Of a DNA stretch of 64,000 nt, positions 50,575 to 62,995 are shown in pieces. Numbering within the stretch: position 1 is the stretch's first letter; each line of letters opens with the position of its first letter. The translations under genes were made by a program, and so were the position numbers. The notes under the pieces are model-generated. The model made no database searches. It saw nothing but the letters and a program-made list of their open reading frames with translations, and was not told the origin of the DNA. Origin of the DNA: Lama guanicoe (taxonomy: Eukaryota); contig MU054212.1 of assembly GCA_013239625.1 (NCBI GenBank), positions 5,118,270 through 5,182,269 of the forward strand. The letters are read 5' to 3'.

Positions 50575-51400
50575 TCCTTCAAAATATATCTAAAATCTGA
50601 CCACCCACGGGGGCCAAGCCAGCATTACTACAGTGATAAACTCCTAACTGTCCTATTCATTGGACCTTTGCCCCCAAGAGTCTCTTCTCACCACATCAGC
50701 CAGAGTGATCCTTTTAAATAAAACTGACAGTGTTGAACTTCACCTGAGTCCCCTGATCCTGGAAAACAGTGAGTGTTTAACAATTTCACCCTCTCTTTTG
50801 TGTTCCAGGAAATGGCTTACTGTAAAAAAAAACCCCACCGTTCCCCATGTGACTGAGACTCACAGACACTCTCCTTGTTTACCTATGACAAGGCAAGACA
50901 CAGATCCTCCAAATTCCTCTTCTTTGCTTCATAAATGATTGGCTGAACTATTTGTACACATTGGCCAATCTGGGACAAAATATCAGACTTGACCAAATTT
51001 TTGTTGTACCTTTTTCCTTTCCCCAGACCCCTGAACATTCTCCCATCCTCCTGCTGTGCCAGTAGCCTCCTTGCAGTGGTTTCCTGAGAATTGGCTGATC
51101 TCAGGGGAAACATGTCCTGATCATCTCACTCCTCCCGAGCTGGCTCTTCATAGCCTTATTTGTCCCTTCCTTATAAAAGAAAATTCCTTTCTGCCTGAAC
51201 TTTGAGTTTTCCTCCCCAGATTGCCATAGTCCCCTTCCTCTTATGACACTAATTCTTTCAGATAAGTGTCTCCTACCTAAGTCTAGATTTGTTTTAATTT
51301 AACAAAACGTACATCAGATCAAACACTCTTCTGATCAAAATGAGTCCCGTTCAGTCAGAGTCAAACCAGAGACTTCATGATGGTCAAAAGTTAAATATTT
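50575..51400 (+). mobile_element. L2 fragment split by an LTR
   Basis: cagccagagtgatccttttaaa..aaac | gtacatcagatca..actcttctgatcaaaa becomes continuous L2 consensus once 50725-51304 is removed. Confidence 0.75.
50725..51304 (+). mobile_element. ERV1 solo LTR (MER89/MER90-like, 580 bp)
   Basis: TG...CA termini; 4-bp TSD AAAC at 50721-50724 and 51305-51308; TATA-like TTATAAAAG at 51171; motifs ggaaatggcttactg, ccttgtttacctatgacaagg, cataaatgatt.gctgaact. Confidence 0.85.
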
Positions 51401-51686
51401 TTAAGCAGGGTATGAAAAGCTTCAGATAACCCAACTGGACAAAGTACAAAGTGATTTTTTTGGTTTGTTTATCATGTTTTTTGTTTTTTAATTTCTGTTA
51501 TCACCATTTTGCATGCAAGAGCTTTTAAGTATCTCTTTTGATCTGTCCCTTAGTACAGATTTAAACATTAGGGATTTAGTCAAATAAGTTCTTCTTTCTT
51601 GATTTATATTTTCTTTCCCTCAGTGAAGATTTTCTGACCATTTTGATGGACTTCTCAAATGTTCACACATTCCTGTGAAGTCTGAC

Positions 51687-52281
51687 TTTTTTTTTATTGA
51701 GCATCTTTTAATCCTATGCTCCTAATTTATCTCTTCCCCTCTTTCCTCTTTGGCAATCATAAATTTATGCTCTATGTCTATGAGTCTGTTTCTGTTTTGT
51801 AAATAAGTTTATTTGTATCATTTTTTAGATTCCACAAATAAGTGTTATCATATGATATTTGTCTTCTTTTGTCTGACTTACTTAACTTAGTATGATAATC
51901 TCTAGGTCCATCCATGCTGCTGCAAATGGCATTATTTCATCATATTTCATATATATATATATAATATCCCACATCTTTATCTATTCGTTTGTTGGTGGAC
52001 ATTTAGGTTGCTTCCATGTCTTGGCTATTGTAAACAGTGCTGCTATGAACACTGGGGTTCATGTATCTTTTCAAATTAGAATTTTCTTCTTTTCTGGATA
52101 TGTGCCCAGGAGTGAGGTTGCTGGATTATATAGTAAGTCTATTTTTAGCTTTTTTAAGGAAACTTCATACTGTTTTCCATAGTGACTGCACCAATTTACA
52201 TTCCTACCAACAGTATAAGAGGGTTGCCTTTTCTCCACACCCTCTCCAGCATTTATCATTTGTAGGCTTTTTGATGATGAC
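51687..52281 (-). mobile_element. L1 ORF2 C-terminus plus 3' UTR
   Basis: ORF 52071-52259 (..[21 protein letters not shown]) matches L1 ORF2 LKKLKIELPYDPAIPLLGIYP; antisense motifs tctaggtccatccatg, ttggctattgtaaacagtgctgctatgaac; poly(T) at the left end. Confidence 0.95.
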
Positions 52282-52956
52282 CTGACGTATACTTTTAAAT
52301 CATGATATTTGTTTCTGAAGCTATAATTTGAAACTGTACAAGTTTGTATTTTTCACTATACTGCAATAAATATTAATGATGTGAATTATTATAAAGTAAA
52401 AGTAATCTTCTTTATCAAAGACAAAAATAAAAATCTATTTTTAAGGAAATTTGCCTGAAACATCAAAAAGAAGGAAAAGGGAGAGTGTTAATTAAGACCA
52501 CATAAGTCTTCAAATTCTTACTATTTTCAGAGGTAGCATATTAATATCAGTTTATATAGAGAAATGGCTTGTAACTTTATCTTTCATCTATTAAGGAAAT
52601 AAACTCTTTTTAAAAAATTGGAACTAAATTCTTTGCAATTTAAGCCCACAAATTAGAAAATTTTCTAATTTTCTACGAAAACATGATTTTTCCTTAAGGC
52701 TTGTGATCACATGTAATCTAGATTTTATACATAGTCTACATATTTATGTACTGCTTTTCTATTTACATGACTTATTGTATCATTAAGTTCAGGGAAGCAA
52801 AGCTCTAGTGGTGGACATTGAGGATTGTGGATCAGTCGCTTTGTTACTCAGCCTAACACTGGGCACATAAATGCTACGCAACATAGGTTTCCCAAATCAC
52901 AAAAAAGCTACTCAACATAAGTAGATTAAAGGATAGGGAAAAGCAAGTGGAATCTT

Positions 52957-53112
52957 GTGGTGATTTTCAAAACGTAGTCTGTGTGAGGATCGATTGTTAA
53001 TAATGAAAATTTCTAGTGCGTGCCAGGAACTCTGGAATGTCTCCGATCTACATTTTTAAACCCAGGTTATCCTGATGCAGATGATCTACCTACAGAATTT
53101 ATTGAACACCAT
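52957..53112. mobile_element. hAT-Charlie MITE (MER5-like), diverged
   Basis: gtggtgattttcaaaac..., atctacatttttaaac, ccaggttatcctgatgca, ttgaacacca. Confidence 0.5.
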
Positions 53113-53295
53113 TTGAAACAAATGGCATAGCACGTACTATGAAAGAAACCACCTATTTCTTATACATTTGATTGTTCCTATAACTCTAGCTTTCATATGA
53201 GGAAAAGTTGGCAAAATGGTACTGTTGTGATTGAATTTCACAGCAAATAGTTTTCACTGGTTAAAGGAAGTACTGATTATGAGGTACTGGAAGAA

Positions 53296-53530
53296 ATGTA
53301 TCTAGCCAGTCTCATAATGTGATGTCCAAAATGTTTAGAAAGCAATGAAAGAAAGTCACTCTTCATACCAAGAACTGAGAAAATCACAACATGAATGAGA
53401 AAAGACAGTCAACAGAGGGCAACATGGAGATGAATTAGATGCTGGAATTACCTGACAAGAATTTTAAAGTAGCCAATATAAAAATGCTTAAACAAGCAAT
53501 TAAGAATTCTCTAGAAACAAAGAAATTGAA
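53296..53530 (+). mobile_element. Old L1M ORF1-start fragment
   Basis: cataccaagaactgagaaaatcacaac..aatgagaaaagacagtcaacaga..agatgctggaattacctgacaag.attttaaagtagc. Confidence 0.75.
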
Positions 53531-53534
53531 GCAA

Positions 53535-54300
53535 AATCTAATCTAGCCATCAGCTGATAAATCATTAAAAATAATTTTTGATGATAGATCATTATATGAT
53601 TTTTGGCACATAGATCCTTATATGATTTTTGGATGGAGTTCAGATAATTGAGTTACACATCTATAATAAAATTCCTTCCATTCCCATCTATTAGTTTATG
53701 TGAACACATTTTCTCAGCACTTAGACATATAAAGAGGAAAAAAGCAGGAATAGAACTAATGCTAAACAGTTTCAGATTAATGTCCTGAAAAATGTTCATT
53801 CTCAAATAATTAAACTAAATAGGAGAAAACAAAGCCTCTTACATCTTACTAGAAGTTTCAATTTTAGAAATATTTGCTGCTAATATTTAATAATAATTTA
53901 TCAAACTTTGTAATATATTGTATTTTTATCAGTTGCATACTAATAGATACTGTAATGCAAGTTTAATCCATAATAACTTTTAGCACATAAGCAAAAAGGT
54001 AATTTCAATATATTAACATATTATTATAAAGAAGTATGATAGAGTAATAAATAAACTATTTTAAAGCAGAAAATACATTAAGATAAAGTTGTTGGAAGAA
54101 TTGGAGTGGATCCATGAGCTTAAAGAGAAAATGCTCTAAAATTTCTGATTGTTAAAGATGAGATCTCTTTCTTTTCTTAAATAGATAATGTTAGGCATAA
54201 AATTGCTACGTATTTAGATTCTACTGGACACATTTAAAAGTGAGCTAAAACTATTTTACATTTCAAGATTTATAGTCTTCTGTAAATAATGTTGTTTGCA
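53535..54300 (+). mobile_element. hAT-Charlie transposase remnant (C-terminal region) and 3' flank
   Basis: ttccttccattcccatctattagtttatgtgaacacattttctcagcactt..ataaag..aggaataga translates to FLPFPSISLCEHIFSAL..IK..RNR, like the hAT dimerisation motif LLPFPSTYLCExxFS...K...RNR; frameshifted. Confidence 0.65.
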
Positions 54301-54551
54301 ACTCATTAAACAACTTATAGAGCACTTGCAAATCAAATTTGAAAATATGAGGGAAATGGATAACTTTTCAAAAATTTCAGGAGAACCTGGGGATGTTTCA
54401 TAAGCACTGGCCTTTACTTCATAAGTAAAAGGTAAAGGCTTAAAAGCTGTTGCCTGTAGGAAATAGGGGATGATGGGAACATCTTGGGTAAACCTACTTA
54501 CTTCATGGAAAAAAGGAGAAAAAAAAAGAGGAAGGGTAGAAAGAAAGAAAA

Positions 54552-55020
54552 TAATTGCACACCATTTACATGGTGGTAAGTCGATGCCAGGCACTGTGCT
54601 GGGATATCATATAATCATCAGTGTAAGCCTACTAGATAGGCTCCATTGTAACCATCATTTTGAAAATTAGAAAATGTGGCACGGAGTTCTTTATATGACT
54701 ACTAAGTTGCAGCCCTGGTTTCAAACCTTGGCTCCTTTCCTCCAGAATCTATGCTCTTTTTTTTTTTTAAACTTTTTTTATTGATTTATAATCATTTTAC
54801 AATGTTGTGTCAAATTCCAGTGTAGAGCACAATTTTTCAGTTATACATGAACATACATATATTCGTTGTCACATTATTTTCTCCCTGGGCTAACATAAGA
54901 TCTTGTGTATATTTCCCTGTGCTATACAGTATAATCTTGTTTATCTATTCTACAATTTTGAAATCCCAGTCTATCTCTTCCCACCCCCCGTAGAATCTAT
55001 GCTCTTAACTCCTACTGTAT
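54552..55020 (-). mobile_element. MIR SINE interrupted by a young L1
   Basis: atgccaggcactgtgct ... ttcaaacc ... tccagaatctatgctctt|aactcctact follows antisense MIR (ctccagagtccgtgctcttaaccact). Confidence 0.8.
54759..54991 (-). mobile_element. Young camelid-type L1 3' end (~233 bp)
   Basis: Poly(T) + ttattgatttataatcattttacaatgttgtgtcaaattccagtgtagagcac...; perfect 15-bp TSD agaatctatgctctt at 54744-54758 and 54992-55006; TCTT/AA endonuclease site. Confidence 0.95.
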
Positions 55021-55029
55021 GCAAAGAGG

Positions 55030-55275
55030 ATTCAGAACAAGAAAAACAATAGAGATTATTTACCAGTGGGGGAAACATAGTAAACAAATAAACATAGCAT
55101 ATGATTTTAGGTAATGATAAGTGCTAGAAAGAAGAGTAAAGTAGGATAAAGAGTTATAGAATCAGTGACTGGCTGAAGGTGTTATTTTTGAAGGTGGATC
55201 AGGAAAAGCCCTTTTTATTTTAAACCTGAAGAAAGTGAGTGAGCAAGCCTTGGGATGATCTGCAGAGAAGACAGT
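55030..55275 (-). mobile_element. L2 fragment
   Basis: taaacaaataaaca..ggtaatgataagtgcta.aaaga..aaagtaggataa, atcaggaaaagcc, aaacctgaagaaagtgag.gagcaagcc. Confidence 0.7.
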
Positions 55276-55425
55276 AATTTCAAACATTTGTAACGCTTTA
55301 AAAACTTTAAAACTCAATGCAGGAAAAAGAAATCGTATCACAGATCGTCCATTTAGGGCTTCCGCCCAGGGAACCTCTCACCTTCCATCTCAAGCCTTTA
55401 ATCAAGCTTCTGTTTTTGACACAAT

Positions 55426-56150
55426 CCAGTGGTATCACTAACATTTGGTGAACTCAGTAGTCTTCATCATATTATGTTTGCATATCAGCCACATAGAAAC
55501 ATATTTTAATATACCTCATTTAGTGTAACAAGAAGGCAGAAAGAAGAGGAAACAGTTTCGATAACCATTTAGAAAATTAACATAGAACTCGACCCTTAAT
55601 TCAAAAATCTCAATTTTTATTTATTATTTTAATTGTTTTTTAATTAAATTCTGTGAAAATGATCTGTGCAAAATGTCTGAAAGATAAAAATAAGAATATT
55701 ATGAGTCACGTTTTTGTGCTAGAGTGTTTATTTTGTTGGATGCTTTGTTTGTCGTGAGTTTCTGTAACAGTAAACTATTTTTAAAGACTGATTCGTAAGT
55801 TTTGTATGTTTTGCAATTTTGCGAGTTTCGAACTCACAATATATTGTGACAATGTATGCATTAATATTGTTCATAACAAAAATAGGAAAGACAAGCCAAA
55901 AAAGATTTATTGATGCAATTTTAATTTCTATGAGTATACTGTATAATTAATACAGTGACTACATACAATTCATTCTTGTTAGTTGTTACTGAGATATAAA
56001 TAATAACACAGCTTAATCGATAATTGACTTTAGTGATACTTTTCTGTATTTTACTATAAAGGCTTAAAAGAGTGAGATACAAAATACGAATATTGAAGGC
56101 ATCCAAAAAAATTGAGATTCACAGTTGCAAAGTTATTTATGTTTTTGCAT
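55426..56150. mobile_element. Possible ancient DNA transposon (hAT-Tip100-like)
   Basis: Begins CAGTGGTATCACTAAC, resembling hAT-Tip100 termini, followed by AT-rich sequence with retained CpGs; matching right TIR not found. Confidence 0.3.
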
Positions 56151-57499
56151 TTGGGGGGATGTCTTTCTTTCCCAAATTCATCTAAAAACATTAAAAACAG
56201 CAATAGAACTAACAGCTAATACCATTCTAAGAATTTATCACTTATTAATTTATTTAATCCCTGCATATGCTTTGTTTCACAGACAGATTTGAAAAAATGA
56301 ATGAAGAGTTCATTTTCTCTACCCAGGTAGTTAATTTTCTCCAGATGTCTAAGCTTTGAGTTTCTCAAGGTACAGTGAACAGATCAATGTTTCCAAAGAT
56401 CTGGTCTCTCTGAGTGCAAAAAAATCAAGCTTTCTCAAAGGAGAGAACAGAGCACTTGATTAGCATGAAAGGGGGATTGTGACCTTTAAGAAGAAACTTG
56501 TTCTAGATGAGGACAGGGCATAAGTTTCCCAGGTGACAAAACCTGGGAATTCTTGAATGCTTTGCCATGAAGGTGGCAAACTCCCTAAGTAAAGTCTGCC
56601 TGTACACATAGGATGGACAGACCATTAACTACAGCAACCTTAGCACCAGCGCCGCTCCCCCCTTCACCTGTTCCTCAGAGTTCCTCATGGCTGAGCATAC
56701 TTGTCCTTATGAGTAATTTTAGAATTCTTTCTGTGAGAGTAGTCAATTAATATTTCTTTTCAGTGAGTTTTAGGATTTTTAAATCACCACTCTTTAGATA
56801 TTACTTCTTTTCATTTATTCTTATTACTCCTATTTTTTCTTTCATCTCTTTATTTTTAAATATCTTTTAAACAAACATCCTAGGGCAAATTTCAGTGTCT
56901 CGACCTCATGATGTGAGATAATTATTAGTTGTTGTTATCTATTGAGTCACATCAGATGCTGTCTTTCATTTGAAATACTCTGTTTTGAAAGATTTTGACT
57001 TCCCCTTTTCCTCGGTCATGAGTTCTGAAGTTATCAAAGTTGCAGGCTATTTGGGGTTTTAGATTACTACTTGAAAGAATGCCTTCAGAGTTATAAACGT
57101 AACACTGATTCAGTTCTTTAGTTCATAAAGGCATGTCATTTTTTGTTAAGTTTGTAAAGCAGGTCATCTGAGATACTGCATTATCTCCAGTCTGGAATTT
57201 GCTTGTTTAAAAGTCTTATCTAAAAAGATCTTGATTTTTGCGTCCTCAAGGACACTTTTGGACTTTGGCCAAATTTATGCTGATAAACAGATTATCAGAA
57301 AAGGAGATGTGTTATGAAGGTGGCATAACAGATATCTGCACTGACAGGCAAGCAAAGCAAATTTATGACAGTAAAATAGCCTAGGAATTTGAGAGATTGA
57401 GGTTTATTTCCAAGTGCATCAGTTTTAAAGTGTATCTAAAGACTGTGCTCAGGAAGAAAGAAGATAAAGTAAGAGGGAAAAACAAATGCATAGAGCAGC

Positions 57500-58700
57500 T
57501 TCACGATTATCTTGTACAGTCATCCAAATCGCCGTCTTCAACAATGTTCTTTAGTAGCTGGCTAACACCACACACTTAGGTACATCAAATACCACCTCAG
57601 AACCTCGTCTTTTCTCGTACAATCTCGTGGTGTTTATAGAATGACTTGTGTACTTCCTTAGCAACGCTTCAATATAACCATCAAAATACGATCATGAACA
57701 TTTGCTTCTACATACAATACTGACTCAATTCCTCTTGTACGATTCCTTGCCAAAAGTAGGTAATGTAAACTTTTAGATTTTGTCTATTTTATAGTTTTTC
57801 ATTAAGGCTTTAATTTTTCCAGTGTGATTGGCCCTTCCCTTTATACTTGTTTTAGTAAGCAGTTCCGTTTCTTTAAATAGTATCGCTCATCAATTTTGGA
57901 ATCAGCTTTTATCTCTCAAATACTTTTATTATCTTATAACCTCATAATTTCTCTCCTGTCTGTTTTGAACTTATATCAGTGAATCTCTGCTTCCAGAAAT
58001 GATGGAAGACAAGTTTACACCTATGATACTTCCCACCTCTGCTGGACTCAGCGGTATTTATGACTGAGTGCTGGTGTTGGTCACCACACTTAAAATTTAT
58101 TTGTAGGAATTCTCTGGGCCGAGGTTAAAAGATCTTCATTGAGAGAGTATTTGTGTTTGATTCTTCCATGCAATTGTGCACAAATCTGGTAAGAGCCACC
58201 TCAAACCAAGTGTGGTTTTAAGCCACCTAGCTTATCCAGGCTCAGATGTCTGCTGGAGCGCTGGTGGCTGACCTGTGGCCGTAACTTCTTAGGGACTTTG
58301 TTTTTACCTTTACTGTTATATATCTGGTCCACTTAATGCCAAAGAGAACAATGGCACAAAACAAAACAAGAAAACAAAGGACAGAATTGACAGAAAGCCC
58401 TTCCCTGTGACTGTTACAGTCAAGATACTTGGTGGCAGGTGGACAGCAGGTTCACACTTATCCTGAGTCCAGACCTTTGAGGGGTCCTAGCTTCACGTGG
58501 TGAGGATTTCTGTTAAACCTCCTTCCTGTGTTAGCACTGGGCCTTAATTAATTGCTTAACTTCTTAATTATCTTCTCACTTTGTGAAACACACACACACA
58601 CATACACATTTTCCCTTACCAGTAAAAGCTCTCAGGGGAAAAGTGAGACTCGTGTCTGATTTTTATTGAAATTCTAACTTGAGCAGAACCCTTTTGTTGG
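57500..58700 (-). mobile_element. Highly diverged L1M/HAL1-like fragments
   Basis: atgaacattt.ct.ctacata and ttgtaggaattctctgggcc..gagagtatttgtgtttg.ttct resemble old antisense L1 segments. Confidence 0.4.
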
Positions 58701-59226
58701 AGTTAATATTCTTTCCTATCTCTATTACTCACCTCCTTAGCAAGTCAGTGTTAATGCCAAGCATTGAAGAGAGTCTTCCTCCTAAAGAATGTTCTGGACA
58801 TGATCTGTTATCCAGGAGCAACACAGTTTTTGGCCATTAGTAATAGACAGGCAATAGGCTGACCTGACTTCTGGTGAGAAATGAAGAGTATTTTCCAGCT
58901 TGAGTGTTAAATGATCTATTTTCAGCCCTCTTTCCCAGAAGCTATTTATTGTGTGGTCATTACCTGTGCAATGCCTGTACCTGTTTCCTCATAGCCTAAC
59001 CCAAGCCTTCCTTCCCTCCCATCCTTTCAGCACCTGGACTCTATATACCAATACTGGCCTTATGATAGCATGTCATTATTATTATATTCATATTAAGAGG
59101 TGTTTAAAAACCAATTGGGTTGCTTCATGGTAATCTGCATTTTTCATTCTGAAAGTTTAAAAAAAATTAGAAAAAGCTTGTTCCTATTGGAGTTAAATGT
59201 GACATGTCCTTAAATGTAATCAGCCT

Positions 59227-59303
59227 ATATATGTATATATGTGTGTGTGTGTGTGTGTGTTTATATATATATGTGTGTGTGTGTGTATGTGTATATATAT
59301 ATG
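59227..59303. repeat. Compound (TA)n/(TG)n microsatellite
   Basis: Alternating TA and TG blocks read directly; accounts for the CVCVC start of ORF 59239-59640. Confidence 0.95.
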
Positions 59304-60495
59304 CATTTGGAGTAATAAACTGAAGTTCTCAATCCATATACATTCTGATAATATCCACAGCTACCTTTCGAGTATCATTAGACACACTCCTGTATATTCA
59401 TATTTATTGAATGAAATAATAGATATTCTGCAGAGCTTCCCCTCAGTCGCTTTGACCTACTGGTGTATCACCTATTATAAGAGTCTCCTTATTGATCTCT
59501 TTGCAGTTGCTGTTTTATCACTTGAGAAAGGAATCACACTACCATTGAACCAGGACTGTATAAATTGTCTCTCTTTATTGTATTCCACTCCTGATGGGCT
59601 AATACTTTTTTCATTACTCTTCTTTGTAGCAATATTTTAAAAAAATACACATACACACACAAACTCATTTGTTTGTTCAACCTTTGATGTCCCTGTGACA
59701 GTGAAATGACTTAAAGAGAAAAGCAAATCATTGAGCGATGTTCCGGAGTGACATAGTGCTCTCAGGAAAACTCCCCTTGATTAAGGCATGACAGTTTTCC
59801 TGCCCCATAATGGCTGGTGGCTATAAAAGAGACACAGTGAGTCTGGAGAAGGGCAATATAAAATAATTGGCTCCGGGCCAAATTAAGCTGCTTTATGCCA
59901 TGAACCTCTTCACATTTGGATCCAAATTAAAATCTAATTTAGAGGGAGCTTAAATTAAAAAAGCACATTTAATTCCTTCAATTTGCAGAACTATTCCATT
60001 CCATTAGGCAACTAATTTCTACCTGTCAGATTTGGAATGAGAGTGGTCTCTCTCAGGAGGAAACTTTTCACTTGTAGTAATTAGGTATGGGGAGTCTGTG
60101 ATGATGCGTGTGCTTTGATAGTTGCTTGTGTTTAACTCTCTAAGCTTATGAACCCTTGGGTAAACTCAATTGAAGTGTCAGCTTCAATACATGCCTGATA
60201 GGAAAGCTGAAATGAGGTTACATATTTCATAATTAAATAACACAACTACTTTAATTTTTATTAGAGAATCATGAAAGGTTAGCTTATATAAAATCCAAGA
60301 GCATAAATTCCTTTGTTGATCTATTATTCTAATAAGCACCTGAAGAAAATCTGAAGAGGTCTTGATTACAATTAGATAAAAGCAGGGAGAGTGCACGTGT
60401 TCAACAATATTAAAGTGATGAGTGAAATTAGCAAGTGGGATGAACTGTAAGAGCCGTGTCAAGCTCTTCTCTTTGATATTATTCTTGACTTGTGC

Positions 60496-60635
60496 AAGGT
60501 GGCATGTTACAGTGTGGAAACCCAAGCCTGGTAGACAGAAGACCTGAGACCCACGCCTTGACACTCACTAGCTGGGAAACCTTGGCCAAAGCACTTGACC
60601 CCACTTAGCTTCAATATTCTGTCATCTACGAAGTG
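60496..60635 (+). mobile_element. MIR SINE fragment
   Basis: cagaagacctgag..cactcactagctgggaaaccttggccaaagcacttgacc..tcatctacgaagtg. Confidence 0.75.
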
Positions 60636-60835
60636 ATTTTTTTTTCAGCTTCATGAGAGATTTAACGTTTTATAGATGTACGTGGTTGAATGCTTCTTCC
60701 CAAAAGCATTTATTGTATTCAGTGATGAATATAAAAGTTCTTTATAAAAGTACATTTTACAATAAGCCATTTTTATCCAAACTGAATCGACAAAGGAAAA
60801 CATCTCACCATCACTCAGTCTTCCTTACAGAGCAG

Positions 60836-60997
60836 TTTCTTTTTTTCTCTTTCTTTCTTTTCCTTTCTTTCCTTTCCTTTCTTACTCCCTTTCTTTTTTT
60901 CTTTTTCTTTTTTTTTTATTCCTTCCTCTCTCCTTCCCTCCCTGCCTCCCTCCTTCCTTCCTTCTTTCCGTCCTTCCTTCCTCCCTTCCTTCCTTTT
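60836..60997. repeat. Polypyrimidine tract ((TTTC)n/(CCTT)n-like)
   Basis: About 160 nt almost purely C/T on the plus strand; explains the F/S/L/P-rich ORF 60653-61057. Confidence 0.95.
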
Positions 60998-62995
60998 GAC
61001 ATTCTGATATACATGTATGTGGGATATAGGGGCTGTCAGGAAGAAATAGGAAAATGACCCTTTGCAGAATATTTTAGGGAACTTAAATATTCACAGTTTC
61101 AGTTAAACAGATTATTCCAATAGGAAAGTATGTTTGATAATGCTCAAATTCAAGCTGGTTATGGTTTTAGAGTAAATGTTTCTTAAAACACAAGCAGATG
61201 TGGGTTACTTTAACTTAAAGAATTCATAAATGTTAAGAGCAACACACACTAGAGGTTTGGAGTCAGTGGGTAAATTTGTGAATTCAACAGACAGGGACAT
61301 TTTTATATGAGGCCTATTTTTAAAATGTAAATTTAGAATATCTAAAACTCCACATAAGTCTAGAAATGGACTTTTCAAATGTTTAAGTATAAAAGATTCC
61401 TCACATACCAACCTTGGTGAATTTCGTTTTCTTCCAGGCTCAGCCTGTGTGCCCAGCAGCACCTCGTGGAGCAGAGTGTCTCCCCAAGCTGTAGCATAGC
61501 TTCTGTGGTTTTAAACACAGTGAACACACAGTTTCTTTGTTGATAGGAACTGTGTCTAGTCACAACTATGTTTTAGAGACTGATCTTTGATTTTCCTCTC
61601 ATATCATTAGAGAGAGTTCACTAGAGTGTGTCTTCCAACATACATTGATTGAAAACTGACTTCATTCTTAAAGAAGCCATTTTCTTTACCTTTTTTGGCA
61701 TAGAATGCCTTCCTATGTCCTAAGCATTAAGTCAGATCCCTGCTGGAATTGATGGGATCATCAGCTGAAACAGGCATTTTTAAAAAAAGCAATTTCACAA
61801 TTTATATCGACCAATTATGTGTTACGTGTTTTATACTTAAAAATCAAACTATCAGCATCAATCTAATGTCAAACTCTTTCACATATAAACAAGTTGTAAA
61901 TATATTTAATGCTGGTTTTATTAAATAGTAAATCTAGCTCAGTACATAAAGAAATTTGCTAGAAGAAATGAATAATTGATTGAAGAGTACTCTCTTACCT
62001 GTTTAGCCAAATTAATATATTAAGGAAAAACAATCTCGTATTTCCTGACTGTGACTTCTTCACATTCATTAAATCGTGCCATCTGTTACTTGACTTGCAG
62101 CTACATTATATGATATATTCGCATCTCTATCTATGTCCAGGCCAGTGATACCAGCTCGGAAGCTGACAGCAATGAGAGAAGTAGTCCAAACATGTCGGTC
62201 TCAACCCTCCCTTCCCCTCCAGTTGTCTATTTCTATTTGATATTTTTCAGGAGGGCATGTGAATGTGTATTATGATTGTGTTTGTTTGATGGAGAAGGTG
62301 CTACGGGAGAGTGAGGGAGGTGCTACTAAATCTAGAAAGCCTGGTCGAGTAGAATAATGCTAAGATAACAGAGCTGAGTCATCTTTGCTGCATTGTGGTA
62401 AACTTCACAGATATTCTCTTGGATCGTCAGATGTGGGACTGTGTATTTCTCTTCACTCTTGTCCTCTTTTGTAGCTTCCTGACAACTGCACAACTGGCCA
62501 GTCATCACCACTGACTAGCCTTGAGGACATAACTCCTCATGATGCAGAATCAGAATTGTTAATCCTCCAGCCAGTTCCAATATAAATTGCTTCAGCAAAT
62601 ATCCAAATAAGTAGAAAAGAGAAAGAATTATGAGCAATAATAGAATACTACAGCTTTACAGTAAAGCAGAGTTTATCTTTGCATTGAATTTCTGTCAATA
62701 TAAAGAGTCACAACTAATGGACAAATGAGATGAGGTACATTAGAGGATGAGGCCAAGAAAAATCTGCTTCCTTTTATGCAAGGCACCGTCCCACAGATCA
62801 GGTTGAAATATTCACTCAGCTAATTTGTTGAGCTCCTACAAAACATACCCCAAAAACATAATGTGTTTTGAATGCTCAGATAACCCGTTCCCAGTCACAA
62901 GCTCTGCCCCATGTATGGAGCTATGGTTAGAAGCATAGAGACAAGAAAGTGTGGGGGCGGGGAGGGAAACTAACTTGTCCTTTTCCACACTGTTG

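Noticed and set aside
59239..61057. ORFs of 126-134 aa (59239-59640, 60184-60564, 60653-61057)
   Set aside because: Derived from microsatellite, MIR and polypyrimidine sequence with biased composition.
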